This document shows positions 22,101-31,388 of a stretch of 64,000 nucleotides of DNA, piece by piece. Each line of letters opens with the position of its first letter. Within the stretch, counting starts at the first letter, position 1. The stretch is from assembly GCA_041389025.1 (NCBI GenBank), contig JAWKSP010000001.1, positions 542,663 to 606,662 on the forward strand. The letters are read 5' to 3'. A program made the position numbers and the translations under genes. The notes beneath the pieces are model-generated. The model saw only the letters and a list, made by a program, of their open reading frames with translations, was not told the DNA's origin and did not search any database. This stretch comes from Minisyncoccota bacterium (GTDB lineage: Bacteria; Patescibacteriota; Minisyncoccia; Phycocordibacterales; UBA918).

Positions 22101-22417
22101 TTGTTCTTTAAAATTACATTAGCTCGAAGTGGAGCTTCGTAAGTAAGCTTGTTTTCTTTAGCAAATTCTGGAGTACATTTTGGTGAACCTAGTTCATACT
22201 TCTTAAACTTAAGTTCAAACTTTTTTTCTGAATAGTCGGCGATTGGTGAAAATTCAGTAAAAATTTCTTTAAGAGCAGTCTCAACAAACCAACGAAATGA
22301 TTCTCGTTGTGGCTCAATCAAGTCTGGTAGTGGAATTTTTGGATCCGCACTAACCTGAAAGCGCTTTTGCGGCATTTGACCGACTGATCTATTTACATCC
22401 TTTGTTTTTGTTGCCAT
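19199..22417 (-). CDS. rpoB: DNA-directed RNA polymerase beta subunit
   Basis: Conserved blocks GRHGNKGVISRI, SALGPGGLTRERA and GGQRFGEMEVWAL. A strong RBS GGAGGT lies upstream. Confidence 0.97.
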   Translation of the reverse strand: MATKTKDVNRSVGQMPQKRFQVSADPKIPLPDLIEPQRESFRWFVETALKEIFTEFSPIADYSEKKFELKFKKYELGSPKCTPEFAKENKLTYEAPLRANVILKNKTFESEKDQEIFMTDLPVMTEHGTFIINGVERVIVPQLARSYGIFFTQTESKGRQMFGAKIIPARGVWIEIESEADGVIYVKIDRKKKFPISSLLRVVGVEKDKEMIDLLKGVERGEEYMKATIAKDPAKTTDESFIEIYKRLRDGDLATVENAREFISSIFTSARYDLSEIGRHHFNERFGRPIDKKATDERTVSVEDLRLILTHIVTKNHEPGAVADDIDHLGFRRVRYFGEMLQQRVRVGMTRMKRNIQDRMSTIEAETSLPMQIINPRPLQAAIKEFFTTNQLSQFSQQQNILSEIEHLRTLSALGPGGLTRERASFEVRDIHPSHYGRLCPIHTPEGPNIGLILRLSMYSRVNRFGIIETPYAKVVKGVITGEVDYLNAHEEEKFNIAHAAVEADANGKIKSDMVEARKNGVPMLLSKKDIDYIDIATNQPFSVATSMIPFMNHDDANRTLMGSNMQKQATPCIVQEAPIVATGVEGMVSRDTHRVIYAEEAGEVIECDAKHVVVKNKDGKKKEYILSSFQKTNDFSAFYHRPAVTVGDKVKRGDLLADTSSTDNGQIAVGQNALVAFMSWNGANYEDAIVISERLVKQSKFSTVHLDELEVSVRDTKLGPEVTSSDIPNVSEIKLRNLDENGIIRIGAEVRPGDILVGKVTPKGETQLSPEERLLRSIFGEKAKDVKDTSLRLEAGKRGRVIGVKIFSRENGDQLESGVIKRIHITIAQVRNVSVGDKLAGRHGNKGVISRILPEEDMPFTEDGRPIDVLLTPLGVPSRMNLGQILELHLGMAANTLGYQAIVPPFAGATEDHVKAELKAAGLPEDGKIQLRDGLTGEEFSQKTAVGYMYILKLHHMVEDKIHMRSIGPYSLITQQPLGGKAQIGGQRFGEMEVWALLGYGAAYTLREMLTIKSDDIVGRSAAFDAIVRGEKISHPHTPAAFNVLVNQLRGLSLDVKLERDEVKRNYESRN

Positions 22418-22689
22418 ATAAATTATAAATAGTTACCTCCACCAAACATACGACAAATGGCGCAATAATTGCGCTTTATGTAATATATTTGGTTTTATCT
22501 GATTAATATCGACATCACGTGTTCGTGATTACCTCCGCGATATGAAAATCTCCCAACCACAACTCATTCGAGACCCCTTTGCGTATGGCGCGGATTATAT
22601 CAGATTACAGATTTTCTGCAATAGTGGATATTTAACAACTCAATTGCATTTTTTTTGGTATGGGATTTTAAGCACAAAAACAAGCTTTT

Positions 22690-23364
22690 CTATTCTTCCC
22701 TTTGCCATCTCTCTATCAAGGCTGGGTTACCACTGAGTAAAACTTCGGGAACTTTATATTCCTTCTTCTTGTATTTAAGAATCTCCGGCCTGGTGTAAAC
22801 TTTTCCGTTGGTTAACCTCTCGTCTTCCAGTGAATTGATTTCACCAAGCACTCCGGGGATTTGTCTAGCCGTAGCATCTATTATGGTAAGAGCCGGCAAC
22901 TCACCACCGGTCAGAATATAATCTCCCACCGACACTTCTTCCGCTTCGGTAATTTCTTTCACTCGATAGTCAATTCCTTCATATCGTCCACTTATCAGCA
23001 CCAAGTGGTCGTATTTTTTGGCGTATTCTTTCGCCAAATCTTGAGTGAATTTCACTCCTCGCGGTGACATGATAAGAGTTTTAATCTTTTTTTTATTTTG
23101 CTTACGACCAACCACCTTATCCCAAGCTTTTAGCACCGGCTCCGCCTGCATCACCATCCCCGGTCCACCACTGTACGGCTTATCGTCTACTTTGTGATGT
23201 TTGTCTTTAGAAAAATCGCGAGGATTGTAGTACGAAACCTCAATTTTCTTACCACGCATCTTAGCTCCTTTTCCCTTATCCGTCTTCTGCGCCCGCCCCA
23301 GAATACTAGCGTCGGTGTACGCTCGGCAAACATCTGGAAACAATGTGATGATATGAAAATGCAT
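22690..23364 (-). CDS. trmD: tRNA (guanine37-N1)-methyltransferase
   Basis: MHFHIITLFPD N-terminus, SYYNPRDF...DDKPYSGGPGMVM and ISGRYEGID motifs. Confidence 0.88.
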   Translation of the reverse strand: MHFHIITLFPDVCRAYTDASILGRAQKTDKGKGAKMRGKKIEVSYYNPRDFSKDKHHKVDDKPYSGGPGMVMQAEPVLKAWDKVVGRKQNKKKIKTLIMSPRGVKFTQDLAKEYAKKYDHLVLISGRYEGIDYRVKEITEAEEVSVGDYILTGGELPALTIIDATARQIPGVLGEINSLEDERLTNGKVYTRPEILKYKKKEYKVPEVLLSGNPALIERWQREE

Positions 23365-23463
23365 AATTCTACATGATATTTATAACAGATATAGTGGTTT
23401 TAAAAAAGAAAATAACCACCAAGTGTTAGTTGGTGGTTTAGTTTAAAATCATAATCATAAATA

Positions 23464-23814
23464 TTATTGGTATATATTTTTAAATACATAGTCCAATATA
23501 TCGTTATATGATTCAATGCGAACCAACGCATCGTGTCCATATTTCAATGAAACGAATCCGTATTCAGGTCCATCTCTTTCTTCTGGTGCTTGATAGTAGA
23601 AGCGACCAAGTATTTCTTCCCGACCTTTATAACGCACAAGCAAAACAGGTGGAGCTAAAGTACGGCCATTTTCTTTTAACCATCTAACTGACATTAACTC
23701 AATATCACGCAATCCTTCAACACAACTATAGTAAACATAACGGCTCGATACTACAAAAGGCTGTTTACTTATGTCCCCGTTAAAAGGTGTTTTTTTATTA
23801 TTAGAGAAGACCAA
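23464..23814 (-). CDS. Hypothetical protein at the synteny position of rimM/ylqD (between the KH-domain gene and trmD)
   Basis: Assigned by gene order only (rpsP, KH protein, this gene, trmD). No RimM motifs recognised. Confidence 0.4.
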   Translation of the reverse strand: MVFSNNKKTPFNGDISKQPFVVSSRYVYYSCVEGLRDIELMSVRWLKENGRTLAPPVLLVRYKGREEILGRFYYQAPEERDGPEYGFVSLKYGHDALVRIESYNDILDYVFKNIYQ

Positions 23815-24017
23815 CCATGCGATAAAAAATCTTCTGAAGTAGAATAATTTTTATCTTTAACTGGATCAATCCAGTACCTATTTTTCTCACTCATCAAACA
23901 CTCTCCATGTATGTTTATGTGAAATAAGACCAATATTGTATGACAATATTTAAAAAAGTCAACAGCACCATTTAGACTTTGTCTAAACGGTGCTATTGCA
24001 ACTTTAAAGTATTTTAA

Positions 24018-24374
24018 CTATATCTTCAAATCATCAATCGCTTGATCTAGAGATTTTGGTTCGGTAGCTGGATTGTCTTCATTCATAGCCTCAGACATTT
24101 CTCTATCCATACCTCGACTTCCCCCTTCCGGTTCATTAATCTTAAGATTAACCCTGGCATCATGCTTCATTCCCACCACTCGTAAAAGGGTGCGGATAGC
24201 CTTGGCGGTATTACCGGAACGGCCGATAATCTTACCCATATCATCAGCATGCACGTCTAGTGTAAGTAATACACCCATTTCATCTACAGTACGATTCACC
24301 TTAACACTCTCAGGATGATCTACAAGAGATTTTACTAGGGTTTCTAGAAACTGCTTATCTTCATTAGTGTCCAT
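24018..24374 (-). CDS. KH-domain RNA-binding protein (YlqC/UPF0109-like)
   Basis: IGRSGNTAKAIRTLL KH signature and its position directly downstream of rpsP. Confidence 0.75.
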   Translation of the reverse strand: MDTNEDKQFLETLVKSLVDHPESVKVNRTVDEMGVLLTLDVHADDMGKIIGRSGNTAKAIRTLLRVVGMKHDARVNLKINEPEGGSRGMDREMSEAMNEDNPATEPKSLDQAIDDLKI

Positions 24375-24516
24375 ACATCAACTTCTTAGCTTAACTGTTA
24401 AGCATTCGCCTTAATAGCGCTTGCTACTCTTAATAATACGAAAAGCCTAAAGAAACGTCAACAAAAACTGTACACAAGAGGTGTACAGTTTTGGAAAAAA
24501 CAATAGACTTGATGGA

Positions 24517-24987
24517 TTAAGCGGTAGCTTTTTCTATCTCCTTAGCTTCCTCAGTGGCTTCTGTCTCAGCCGGAGCCTCCTCAGATTTCTCAGCCTCAGC
24601 CTCTGCTTTTGGTTCTTCTTCTACTTTTGCCTCAGCCTCTGCTTTTTCTTTAGCTTCCTGTTCAGCCTTTTCCTTAGCTTCTGCCTCTGCTTTTAGTTTA
24701 GCCTCATCAATAATTGGAGATTTTTTAGGTAAAACATTTTTCTTTTTACCGTCTATAACCTTTTGTGACACTAAAATATTGTACATAGTATCTGAAGGTT
24801 GTACTCCTTTTGAAAGCCAGTCTTTAGCCTTGTCTTTATCAAGCTGAACGTGATTTAATTTTGGATTATATGAACCTAAGTGATCCACATGTTTATTACT
24901 CTTAGGACCAGTTCGTTTATCCACCACCACGATTCGGTATGAAGGGTCGTTCTTTCGACCAACCCGTTGTAATCGCATCATTAACAT
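24517..24987 (-). CDS. rpsP: 30S ribosomal protein S16 with a ~70-aa C-terminal Glu/Ala/Lys-repeat tail
   Basis: N-terminus RLQRVGRKNDPSYRIVVVD...HLGSYNP. The tail consists of AEAEAKEKAE repeats. Confidence 0.88.
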   Translation of the reverse strand: MLMMRLQRVGRKNDPSYRIVVVDKRTGPKSNKHVDHLGSYNPKLNHVQLDKDKAKDWLSKGVQPSDTMYNILVSQKVIDGKKKNVLPKKSPIIDEAKLKAEAEAKEKAEQEAKEKAEAEAKVEEEPKAEAEAEKSEEAPAETEATEEAKEIEKATA

Positions 24988-25090
24988 AAGTGGAGCTAGA
25001 GTAGCAGATTATATAAGTTTGGTCAACAACTAAACAGTTAAAATAACCTAGCTATATTTAGTCCTATTAAAGCCTGAGTAAAAAAGTTAA

Positions 25091-25351
25091 TTAATATGTA
25101 TTATCACTTCTCTTTTCAGCCTTCATTATGACAATAATCTCATTATCTACATCCAATTGATAAAGAACACGAAATTTTCCCACTCTTTTTCGATAGGTAG
25201 TAGGGACAACTCCTTTTAGTTTTTTAAAATCACCGTTTAAAGGGTTTTCTTCAACCTCTTCTAAAGCTTTAATTAATACTTTTGACTCAGCTTTATTTAA
25301 CTTTGTTACGTGCTTTACCACGTTCTTCGGAATTATTATCTTCCAAGACAT
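25091..25351 (-). CDS. RelE/ParE-family type II toxin
   Basis: 86 aa with the C-terminal YRKRVGKFRVLYQLDVDNEIIVIMKAEKRSDNTY motif. Overlaps the upstream antitoxin gene. Confidence 0.75.
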   Translation of the reverse strand: MSWKIIIPKNVVKHVTKLNKAESKVLIKALEEVEENPLNGDFKKLKGVVPTTYRKRVGKFRVLYQLDVDNEIIVIMKAEKRSDNTY

Positions 25352-25583
25352 CTTTTAGCTGATTAAGTGTCAACCCTTGCTCTAAAGCGTATTCTTGACC
25401 ACTGATTTTTATAGCCTCTAAATCGTCAGCTTCTACTATCTCCTCAGGAGTTCTAGCTGAAATGTAAGCCAATAAAGCTCGTCGCATGATCGAAGACCGA
25501 GACCGGTCTTCGATCTGGCCTAGTTGGTCAACCTGCTTTATAAGCGCTGATGGGATCGACACACTTATAATGTTTTTTTGCAT
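25293..25583 (-). CDS. Ribbon-helix-helix (CopG/ParD-like) antitoxin
   Basis: N-terminal beta-strand plus RSRSSIMRRALLAYI helix. Sits immediately upstream of, and overlapping, the RelE-like gene. Confidence 0.7.
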   Translation of the reverse strand: MQKNIISVSIPSALIKQVDQLGQIEDRSRSSIMRRALLAYISARTPEEIVEADDLEAIKISGQEYALEQGLTLNQLKDVLEDNNSEERGKARNKVK

Positions 25584-25837
25584 ACCTATACTTATACAAT
25601 CTTTTTTATATTTGTTTAATAATGACTTAATGCTGTAACGCCTAAAAAATGGCTAAAAAATGCTGATATTGTCATAAGTTACTAATTTTTATTAAAAGTT
25701 AATAACTTTTAATAAGGTATCACCTATCTGATCTATTGTCAACAGATTTATATATTCATACCAAAACAGTGGAAATATTAGTAGTCAATGCTATACTCCG
25801 AAGCATGAACAAACTAAAAACATACGAAGGGATAATC

Positions 25838-27748
25838 ATGATCCGCGGCAAGGGCACCGGCTTTGTGAACCACCCTGACTTCGAGGAAGATATCGTGATC
25901 GAGCGCGAAGCCTTAGGCTTCGCGCTCGACGGCGATGTTGTAAAAATCGAAATAAAGAAAAAAATCCCCGGCAGACGACAAGAAGGAAAAGTTTTAGAAG
26001 TAGTAAAACCTGCTTATCGAGAATTAATCGGTACCGTTAAAGAAAAAGACGTAGATGGAAAAACTATAAAGTACCTCCACCCAGATAATAGCCGTATTCA
26101 TATAAGACCCATTCTCCCAGAAGCAACCAGTAACGACTTAAACATGAAAGTGGTGGTAGAAATTAGTAAATGGAGTAATCCTACTCTTGACCCACTAGCC
26201 AGAATTACTGAAACTATCGGTCACGCCGGTGATCATGAAACCGAAATGCAGGCCATTATTAGAAGTGGTGGCTTTGCTAAAACCTTCCCAGAATCAGTAC
26301 AAAGAGCAGCTCAAACTCTACACGACAATCAGGCTCAGATTTTTGCCGACGCTCTCAAAGACCCAAAACGTCGAGACTTTCGTGGTATTACCACCCTAAC
26401 CATCGACCCAGCCGATGCTAAAGATTTTGATGACGCTCTTTCCTGTCAGGTTTTGCCCTCAGGAAATATTGAGGTCGGTATCCATATTGCTGATGTATCA
26501 CACTATGTACGAGAAAATGACGATATAGACACCGAAGCTAAAGAACGTGCCACTTCTGTTTATTTAGTAGACCGAGTGATTCCTATGCTACCGGAAATCC
26601 TCTCTAACGACCTTTGTTCACTTCGACCTAATGAAGACCGATTAGCTTTTTCGGCTGTCTTTGAACTAACCAAAGACGCCAAAATAGAAAATGCTTGGTA
26701 CGGTCAAACTATCATACACTCTGACTATCGTTTTAGTTATGAAGATGCTCAGAAAGTATTAGATGAAAAAGATGGACCATATCTAAAAGAACTACAGACC
26801 ATGATGGATCTGGGCCGTATTTTACGCAAAAAACGCTATCAAGCCGGTGCTATTGCCTTTGAACAACCAGAGGTCAAATTTGAATTAGATGAACGAGGTT
26901 CACCAATTAATGCCTACAAAAAACACCGAACTGAAACTATGTTAATGATTGAAGACTTCATGCTTTTAGCCAACCGTGAAGTTGCCACTTATGTCTACAA
27001 CCTTTGTCGCGACAAAGGTCGAGAACAAGCTTTTGTTTACCGTACCCACGACACCCCTGACCCAGACAAGTTAGAAGAATTAGGTACTTTCCTTAGAGCA
27101 ATTGGTTATGAATTTGAAGTAAACAAAGGCACTGTTAAAGCTACTGCCATTAATGATCTTCTAAAAGAAATTGAGGGCAAATCAGAAGAAAATTTAATCA
27201 AAACCGCCACTATTCGCTCAATGGCTAAAGCCATTTATTCCACCAAAAATATTGGGCACTTTGGTTTAGCCTTTAAGTACTATACCCACTTCACTTCTCC
27301 AATCCGTCGCTATCCTGATCTTATGGTGCACCGTATGCTTCGCCGTCACTTAGATAATTCAACCATTGGATCAAAAGAATTAGCTAAATACGAACAAATG
27401 TCTATTAAGTCCTCACAGCGTGAAATGGAAGCTGTTTCAGCCGAAAGAGATTCAATTAAATTTAAACAAGTAGAATATTTAATGAATAAAGTTGGTGAAA
27501 CTTTTGAAGGCGTCATTACCGGTGTAACCGACTGGGGCATCTACGTCCAAGAACAAAATACCTTAGCAGAAGGTATGGTTAGACTATCTAGTATAAAAAG
27601 TGATTACTTTGAACATGAAGCCAGCAAATACCGTATTAAAGGCCAAAAAACTGGCAAGGTTTATCAGCTTGGAGATGCGGTAAAAGTAAAACTCACTCGC
27701 GCTGATAAAGATGAAAGGCAATTGGATTTTGAGTTGATGGAGAAATAG
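25838..27748 (+). CDS. rnr: Ribonuclease R / RNase II-family 3'-5' exoribonuclease with a C-terminal S1 domain
   Basis: RNB-domain motifs (TIDPADAKDFDDALS, HFGLAFKYYTHFTSPIRRYPDLMVHR) and a C-terminal S1-like segment. Start chosen at MIRGKG (RBS AAGGGA); the ORF track opens at 25736. Confidence 0.85.
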   Translation: MIRGKGTGFVNHPDFEEDIVIEREALGFALDGDVVKIEIKKKIPGRRQEGKVLEVVKPAYRELIGTVKEKDVDGKTIKYLHPDNSRIHIRPILPEATSNDLNMKVVVEISKWSNPTLDPLARITETIGHAGDHETEMQAIIRSGGFAKTFPESVQRAAQTLHDNQAQIFADALKDPKRRDFRGITTLTIDPADAKDFDDALSCQVLPSGNIEVGIHIADVSHYVRENDDIDTEAKERATSVYLVDRVIPMLPEILSNDLCSLRPNEDRLAFSAVFELTKDAKIENAWYGQTIIHSDYRFSYEDAQKVLDEKDGPYLKELQTMMDLGRILRKKRYQAGAIAFEQPEVKFELDERGSPINAYKKHRTETMLMIEDFMLLANREVATYVYNLCRDKGREQAFVYRTHDTPDPDKLEELGTFLRAIGYEFEVNKGTVKATAINDLLKEIEGKSEENLIKTATIRSMAKAIYSTKNIGHFGLAFKYYTHFTSPIRRYPDLMVHRMLRRHLDNSTIGSKELAKYEQMSIKSSQREMEAVSAERDSIKFKQVEYLMNKVGETFEGVITGVTDWGIYVQEQNTLAEGMVRLSSIKSDYFEHEASKYRIKGQKTGKVYQLGDAVKVKLTRADKDERQLDFELMEK

Positions 27749-27774
27749 AGAAGCCAGCCAGATATAGACAATAT

Positions 27775-27822
27775 AAAACACTATGCCCGCAAACCTAAAG
27801 GTTTGCGGGCATAGTGTTTTAT
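27775..27822. terminator. Intrinsic terminator: 21-bp perfect hairpin (AAAACACTATGCCCGCAAACC / GGTTTGCGGGCATAGTGTTTT)
   Basis: Long perfect inverted repeat with a TAAA loop and T-run, directly after the rnr stop. Confidence 0.7.
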
Positions 27823-27909
27823 TAAAGTTTTAGTTTTCTTGATATTGTAAACTTGTGTGTTACACTGGCGGTTGCACATGTTCATATGATTTTTTGACAG
27901 GAGATTCAA

Positions 27910-28374
27910 ATGACAAAAGCAAGTTTTTCATCATTGAAAGAATTACAATCCAAAGACCCAGAATATAAATGGAAAATTATGTACGCTTCTTTTATGTTTC
28001 CAACACAAAAGAAAATTTGGTGGGTTTTTTCAAGCATAGAGCCTGACGAGTTTTACAACGACTCCATAAATTTAAGTACTCGTATAGATATTATTTGCGA
28101 ACTGATTAATACAGAAAAGTTAGAGGTCAATAATATTAGACTATTTGATCTCCAAACAAGTAGCTATTATCCTAATATACGTTCAGGTGAATTTGCATTT
28201 GAGGAGCAGTTAGACTTTGAAACACCGGAAGAGTACGAACGGGTAATTGGCTGTCCCAAATTAGTGCAGAATGTATTTAAAGATTTAATTGGTAAAAAGC
28301 TTCAAAACAAAATTACAAAATTAACAGCCAATGACACTGAAAATCTTCTTTTTTTATTTAAAAAATGTACTTAA
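27910..28374 (+). CDS. Hypothetical protein (154 aa)
   Basis: Candidate promoter and RBS GACAGGAG upstream. No recognisable motif. Confidence 0.4.
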   Translation: MTKASFSSLKELQSKDPEYKWKIMYASFMFPTQKKIWWVFSSIEPDEFYNDSINLSTRIDIICELINTEKLEVNNIRLFDLQTSSYYPNIRSGEFAFEEQLDFETPEEYERVIGCPKLVQNVFKDLIGKKLQNKITKLTANDTENLLFLFKKCT

Positions 28375-28417
28375 AGTAACAAAAAGAAGATTTGTGGTTT
28401 CTACTTAATTCATTTTT

Positions 28418-28457
28418 AAAAGCATCTTTTGGTAAGCCAAAAGATGCTTTTATTTTT
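28418..28457. terminator. Intrinsic terminator: 14-bp perfect hairpin (AAAGCATCTTTTGG / CCAAAAGATGCTTT)
   Basis: Perfect stem, 4-nt loop and flanking A/T runs, between the convergent 154-aa gene and smc. Confidence 0.65.
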
Positions 28458-28565
28458 TGTATTTTGCATATAGTTAAAACAAAGTGATGATGTGCCGATG
28501 ATTTTTCTAGTGGTGAAAAATCACTGGCGAAAATTCGCAATAATCGCTACGCTCATTTGCTCATT

Positions 28566-30833
28566 TTACTTCGCCACCGCTACCGCTTCATCCAACTTCA
28601 CCGACAAGAGTTTAGATACACCATCTCCACCCATTGTTACCCCATACAAGATACCGGCTCGACTCATTGTCTCTCGATTATGAGTAATAAGTATAAGTTG
28701 TGACTTCTCAGCTAAAGCTTCAATCATATCGCCATAACGGCGACTATTCGCCTCATCAAGTGCCGCGTCGGTCTCGTCAAGAATAATAAATGGCGGTGGA
28801 TTAACTTGACTCATCGCAAAAATAAGAGCGATTGAGGTTAAAGCCCGTTCTCCTCCTGACAGCATCTCGAGTCCTTTTACTCGTTTGTTTGGTAACTTTA
28901 CCGAAAGTTCTATTCCATTTTGACCAATTTTTGACTTATCTTTTTCGTTATCAATCTCATCAACTTCATCATCTGTATTATTTGATTTTATCTTTACTTT
29001 GTTTAGACCAGCCTCACCGCCACCAAACATTAGAATAAAAAACTTGTTAAATTCAACCGAAATTTTATCAATCCCTTCATTGAATTGAATTTCTAACTTT
29101 TCATTTAAATCATCGATTAATAAATTTAATTTCTCAATCGATTCTTCCAAATCGGTTATCTCCTTAGCCAAAAAAGCGTCACGTTCTTTTGCATCATTAA
29201 ATTCTTTTACCACATCTTCAGTCGCACCAATTCCTAACTCTTCTAAACGAATTTTTAATTTTTCCAACTCATGACGACGTTCACGCTGTTTAGCTCTATC
29301 CTCTTCAATAATTTTTTCTTGCGGTATTATCTGTCCGTCTTTATCTTTAACAACGTATTCAAAATAACGAGAAGCACCACGTCCCAAAAGAGTTACTGCT
29401 TCTTGTAATTCTTCTTTAAACTCTTGCCTGTCTCTTTCTAAAACCGACAACTCACGGTCGATTTTTTCCAACTCAGATTCAAGTTCACGCTCTATACCTA
29501 CCAGTCGAAAAACTTCTCTTTCTGTCTCTCGACCCTCAGTTGCTTTTGTCGCCCTTTCCTTTTCCAATTCAGCATACTCAGACTTTACTTTTTCTTCATG
29601 ATTACTAACTATTTCTACTTTTTTAGCTAATTTTTCTAGCTCTTTTTGTAGTTTATTGAGTTCTTCTTGATCTACCTCTTTAGTCGAATCAATCTTCACC
29701 TCAGACCGTTCAACAAAAATTTTTAACCGATGCACAATGTCAGATAAAGCTCTTTGCAATAATGAAACATTCTCCTGCTTACTAACTTTATCGGTTTGTT
29801 TTTCGATATCAGCAATTAATTTTTGTAATTCTGAATAAGCAATGACTTTATTATTAGCAACACTCTTTTGCTTCTCCATATCACCCAAACGACGCTCCAA
29901 AAAAACAATTTGTCCTTCACATTTACTGTACTCATTTTCAACCAGTCTTCTTTCTTCCATTGCTTTTCTAACCGCCTCTTCAGCTTTAATCAATGGTTCT
30001 GAATCTTGTTTTGATTCGGTCTTTTGTAAAATTTCTTTAGCCCTAACAACCGCTTCTCTGGTTTCTTTTAATTTAATTTCCGGATCATGACGTAATTTTG
30101 TCAGGCGGTCGTGATGAAAAGCGATATAAGTATCCTCACGGCGTAAGTACTCAGCGTAGACATCCTTTAGTTCTTCTTGTAACTCTAAAGATTTTTCAAT
30201 TTTTTGTACTTGTTTTTCTAAATATTTTAAATGTGGAGCCGCTTCACGTCGCAAAGATTCTACTTGAGTAACGTTTTCTTTGGTTTTTGAAAGTTTTTTC
30301 TCTGCCTCTTGTTTTTTGTATTGATAAACTTTAAGACCAAGAGCATCCTCGATAATTTCTCGTCGTTCTTTCGCTCCAGCTGACAACACTCGATCAGCTT
30401 CACCTTGTGAAATAATATGATGTCCAGTAGCTCCAATATTGGCTGAAGCTAATAACTCTTGAATATCTTTTAGACGCACCGACGAACCATTTAGCAAATA
30501 TTCGTTTTGACCATCACGATGGACTACTCGCTCGATTTTGACTTCATCAAAATCGAGCGGAAATGTCCGCTTAATATTATCAAGCAATATAACCACACTG
30601 GCTCGATTACCACGAGACACCTGTCCTGAACCACCCCAAATCAAATCTTCACCCCGCTTTCCACGCATTGACTTGACTGACTGTTCACCGAGTGCAAAGC
30701 GAAAAGATTCAGCTACATTACTTTTACCGGAACCATTAGGGCCAACAATGGCTGTGATTGGCGCCGAAAATTCCAGCTCGCTTTTCTTAGCGAAAGACTT
30801 AAAGCCGGAAATTGTCAGTTCCTTTAAATACAT
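28566..30833 (-). CDS. smc: SMC-family chromosome-partition ATPase, unusually short (755 aa) with no recognisable hinge
   Basis: N-terminal Walker A (FTAIVGPNGSGKSN), C-terminal signature and Walker B (LSGGERALTSIALIFA...FIILDETDAALD). Long heptad-rich central region. Confidence 0.8.
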   Translation of the reverse strand: MYLKELTISGFKSFAKKSELEFSAPITAIVGPNGSGKSNVAESFRFALGEQSVKSMRGKRGEDLIWGGSGQVSRGNRASVVILLDNIKRTFPLDFDEVKIERVVHRDGQNEYLLNGSSVRLKDIQELLASANIGATGHHIISQGEADRVLSAGAKERREIIEDALGLKVYQYKKQEAEKKLSKTKENVTQVESLRREAAPHLKYLEKQVQKIEKSLELQEELKDVYAEYLRREDTYIAFHHDRLTKLRHDPEIKLKETREAVVRAKEILQKTESKQDSEPLIKAEEAVRKAMEERRLVENEYSKCEGQIVFLERRLGDMEKQKSVANNKVIAYSELQKLIADIEKQTDKVSKQENVSLLQRALSDIVHRLKIFVERSEVKIDSTKEVDQEELNKLQKELEKLAKKVEIVSNHEEKVKSEYAELEKERATKATEGRETEREVFRLVGIERELESELEKIDRELSVLERDRQEFKEELQEAVTLLGRGASRYFEYVVKDKDGQIIPQEKIIEEDRAKQRERRHELEKLKIRLEELGIGATEDVVKEFNDAKERDAFLAKEITDLEESIEKLNLLIDDLNEKLEIQFNEGIDKISVEFNKFFILMFGGGEAGLNKVKIKSNNTDDEVDEIDNEKDKSKIGQNGIELSVKLPNKRVKGLEMLSGGERALTSIALIFAMSQVNPPPFIILDETDAALDEANSRRYGDMIEALAEKSQLILITHNRETMSRAGILYGVTMGGDGVSKLLSVKLDEAVAVAK

Positions 30834-30843
30834 TTACAAAAAA

Positions 30844-31383
30844 TTACCATTGTTCTGCTCCGGAACTATACACAGCATAAGTATTAGCTGGTGCGGTAGC
30901 CGGACAATCCGATCCACCCGACTTTGGACAACGGGCAAATTCATCACCGTAATTGTCGACAGTTAGAGTCTCTACGCTATCGTAAACCATTATTTTGTAG
31001 CTGTTTCCATCAGAACTATAGTAGAATCCTTTATCAGTTTCGTTCTCTTGATTGGGGTCGGTTGGTAATTCTGATATGAAGTCTGGAGTTAATCCTGTGA
31101 TATATGTAGAACAACTAGCAAAACCAGAACCACCAGCTAGGCCAGGTCCGGCAAAGGATCCGGCAGTACCACAACCTTGCGCTGGATATTGTCCGTTCTG
31201 TGACTTATACAACTCCACTGCTAACTGTAGCTCTTTAAGCGAAGTCATACGCACTTTATCTCGTGACTGTTCTCTGGCACTTTCAAAATTGGCGTACAAG
31301 ATGGATGACAAAATACCGATAATAGCGATGGTAACTAAAAGTTCTATTAAAGTGAATCCGTTTTTAATGTTAAATCTTTTCAT
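30844..31383 (-). CDS. Type IV pilin-like protein (prepilin peptidase-dependent N-terminus)
   Basis: MKRFNIKNG/FTLIELLVTIAIIGIL class III signal with Glu at +5. Start trimmed to MKRF. Confidence 0.75.
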   Translation of the reverse strand: MKRFNIKNGFTLIELLVTIAIIGILSSILYANFESAREQSRDKVRMTSLKELQLAVELYKSQNGQYPAQGCGTAGSFAGPGLAGGSGFASCSTYITGLTPDFISELPTDPNQENETDKGFYYSSDGNSYKIMVYDSVETLTVDNYGDEFARCPKSGGSDCPATAPANTYAVYSSGAEQW

Positions 31384-31388
31384 AAATA

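Noticed and set aside
23815-23892. A short upstream frame (MSEKNRYWIDPVKDK...) that might join the 116-aa ORF into a longer frameshifted rimM
   Set aside because: No RimM-like motifs in either frame. A frameshift cannot be supported from sequence alone.
24481-24847. Two plus-strand ORFs (71 and 97 aa), Ser/Ala/Phe-rich
   Set aside because: They are antisense to the AEAEAK repeat tail of rpsP and arise from the repetitive sequence.
28492-28683. 63-aa plus-strand ORF
   Set aside because: It overlaps the 3' end of smc and the terminator region. No RBS and no conservation cues.
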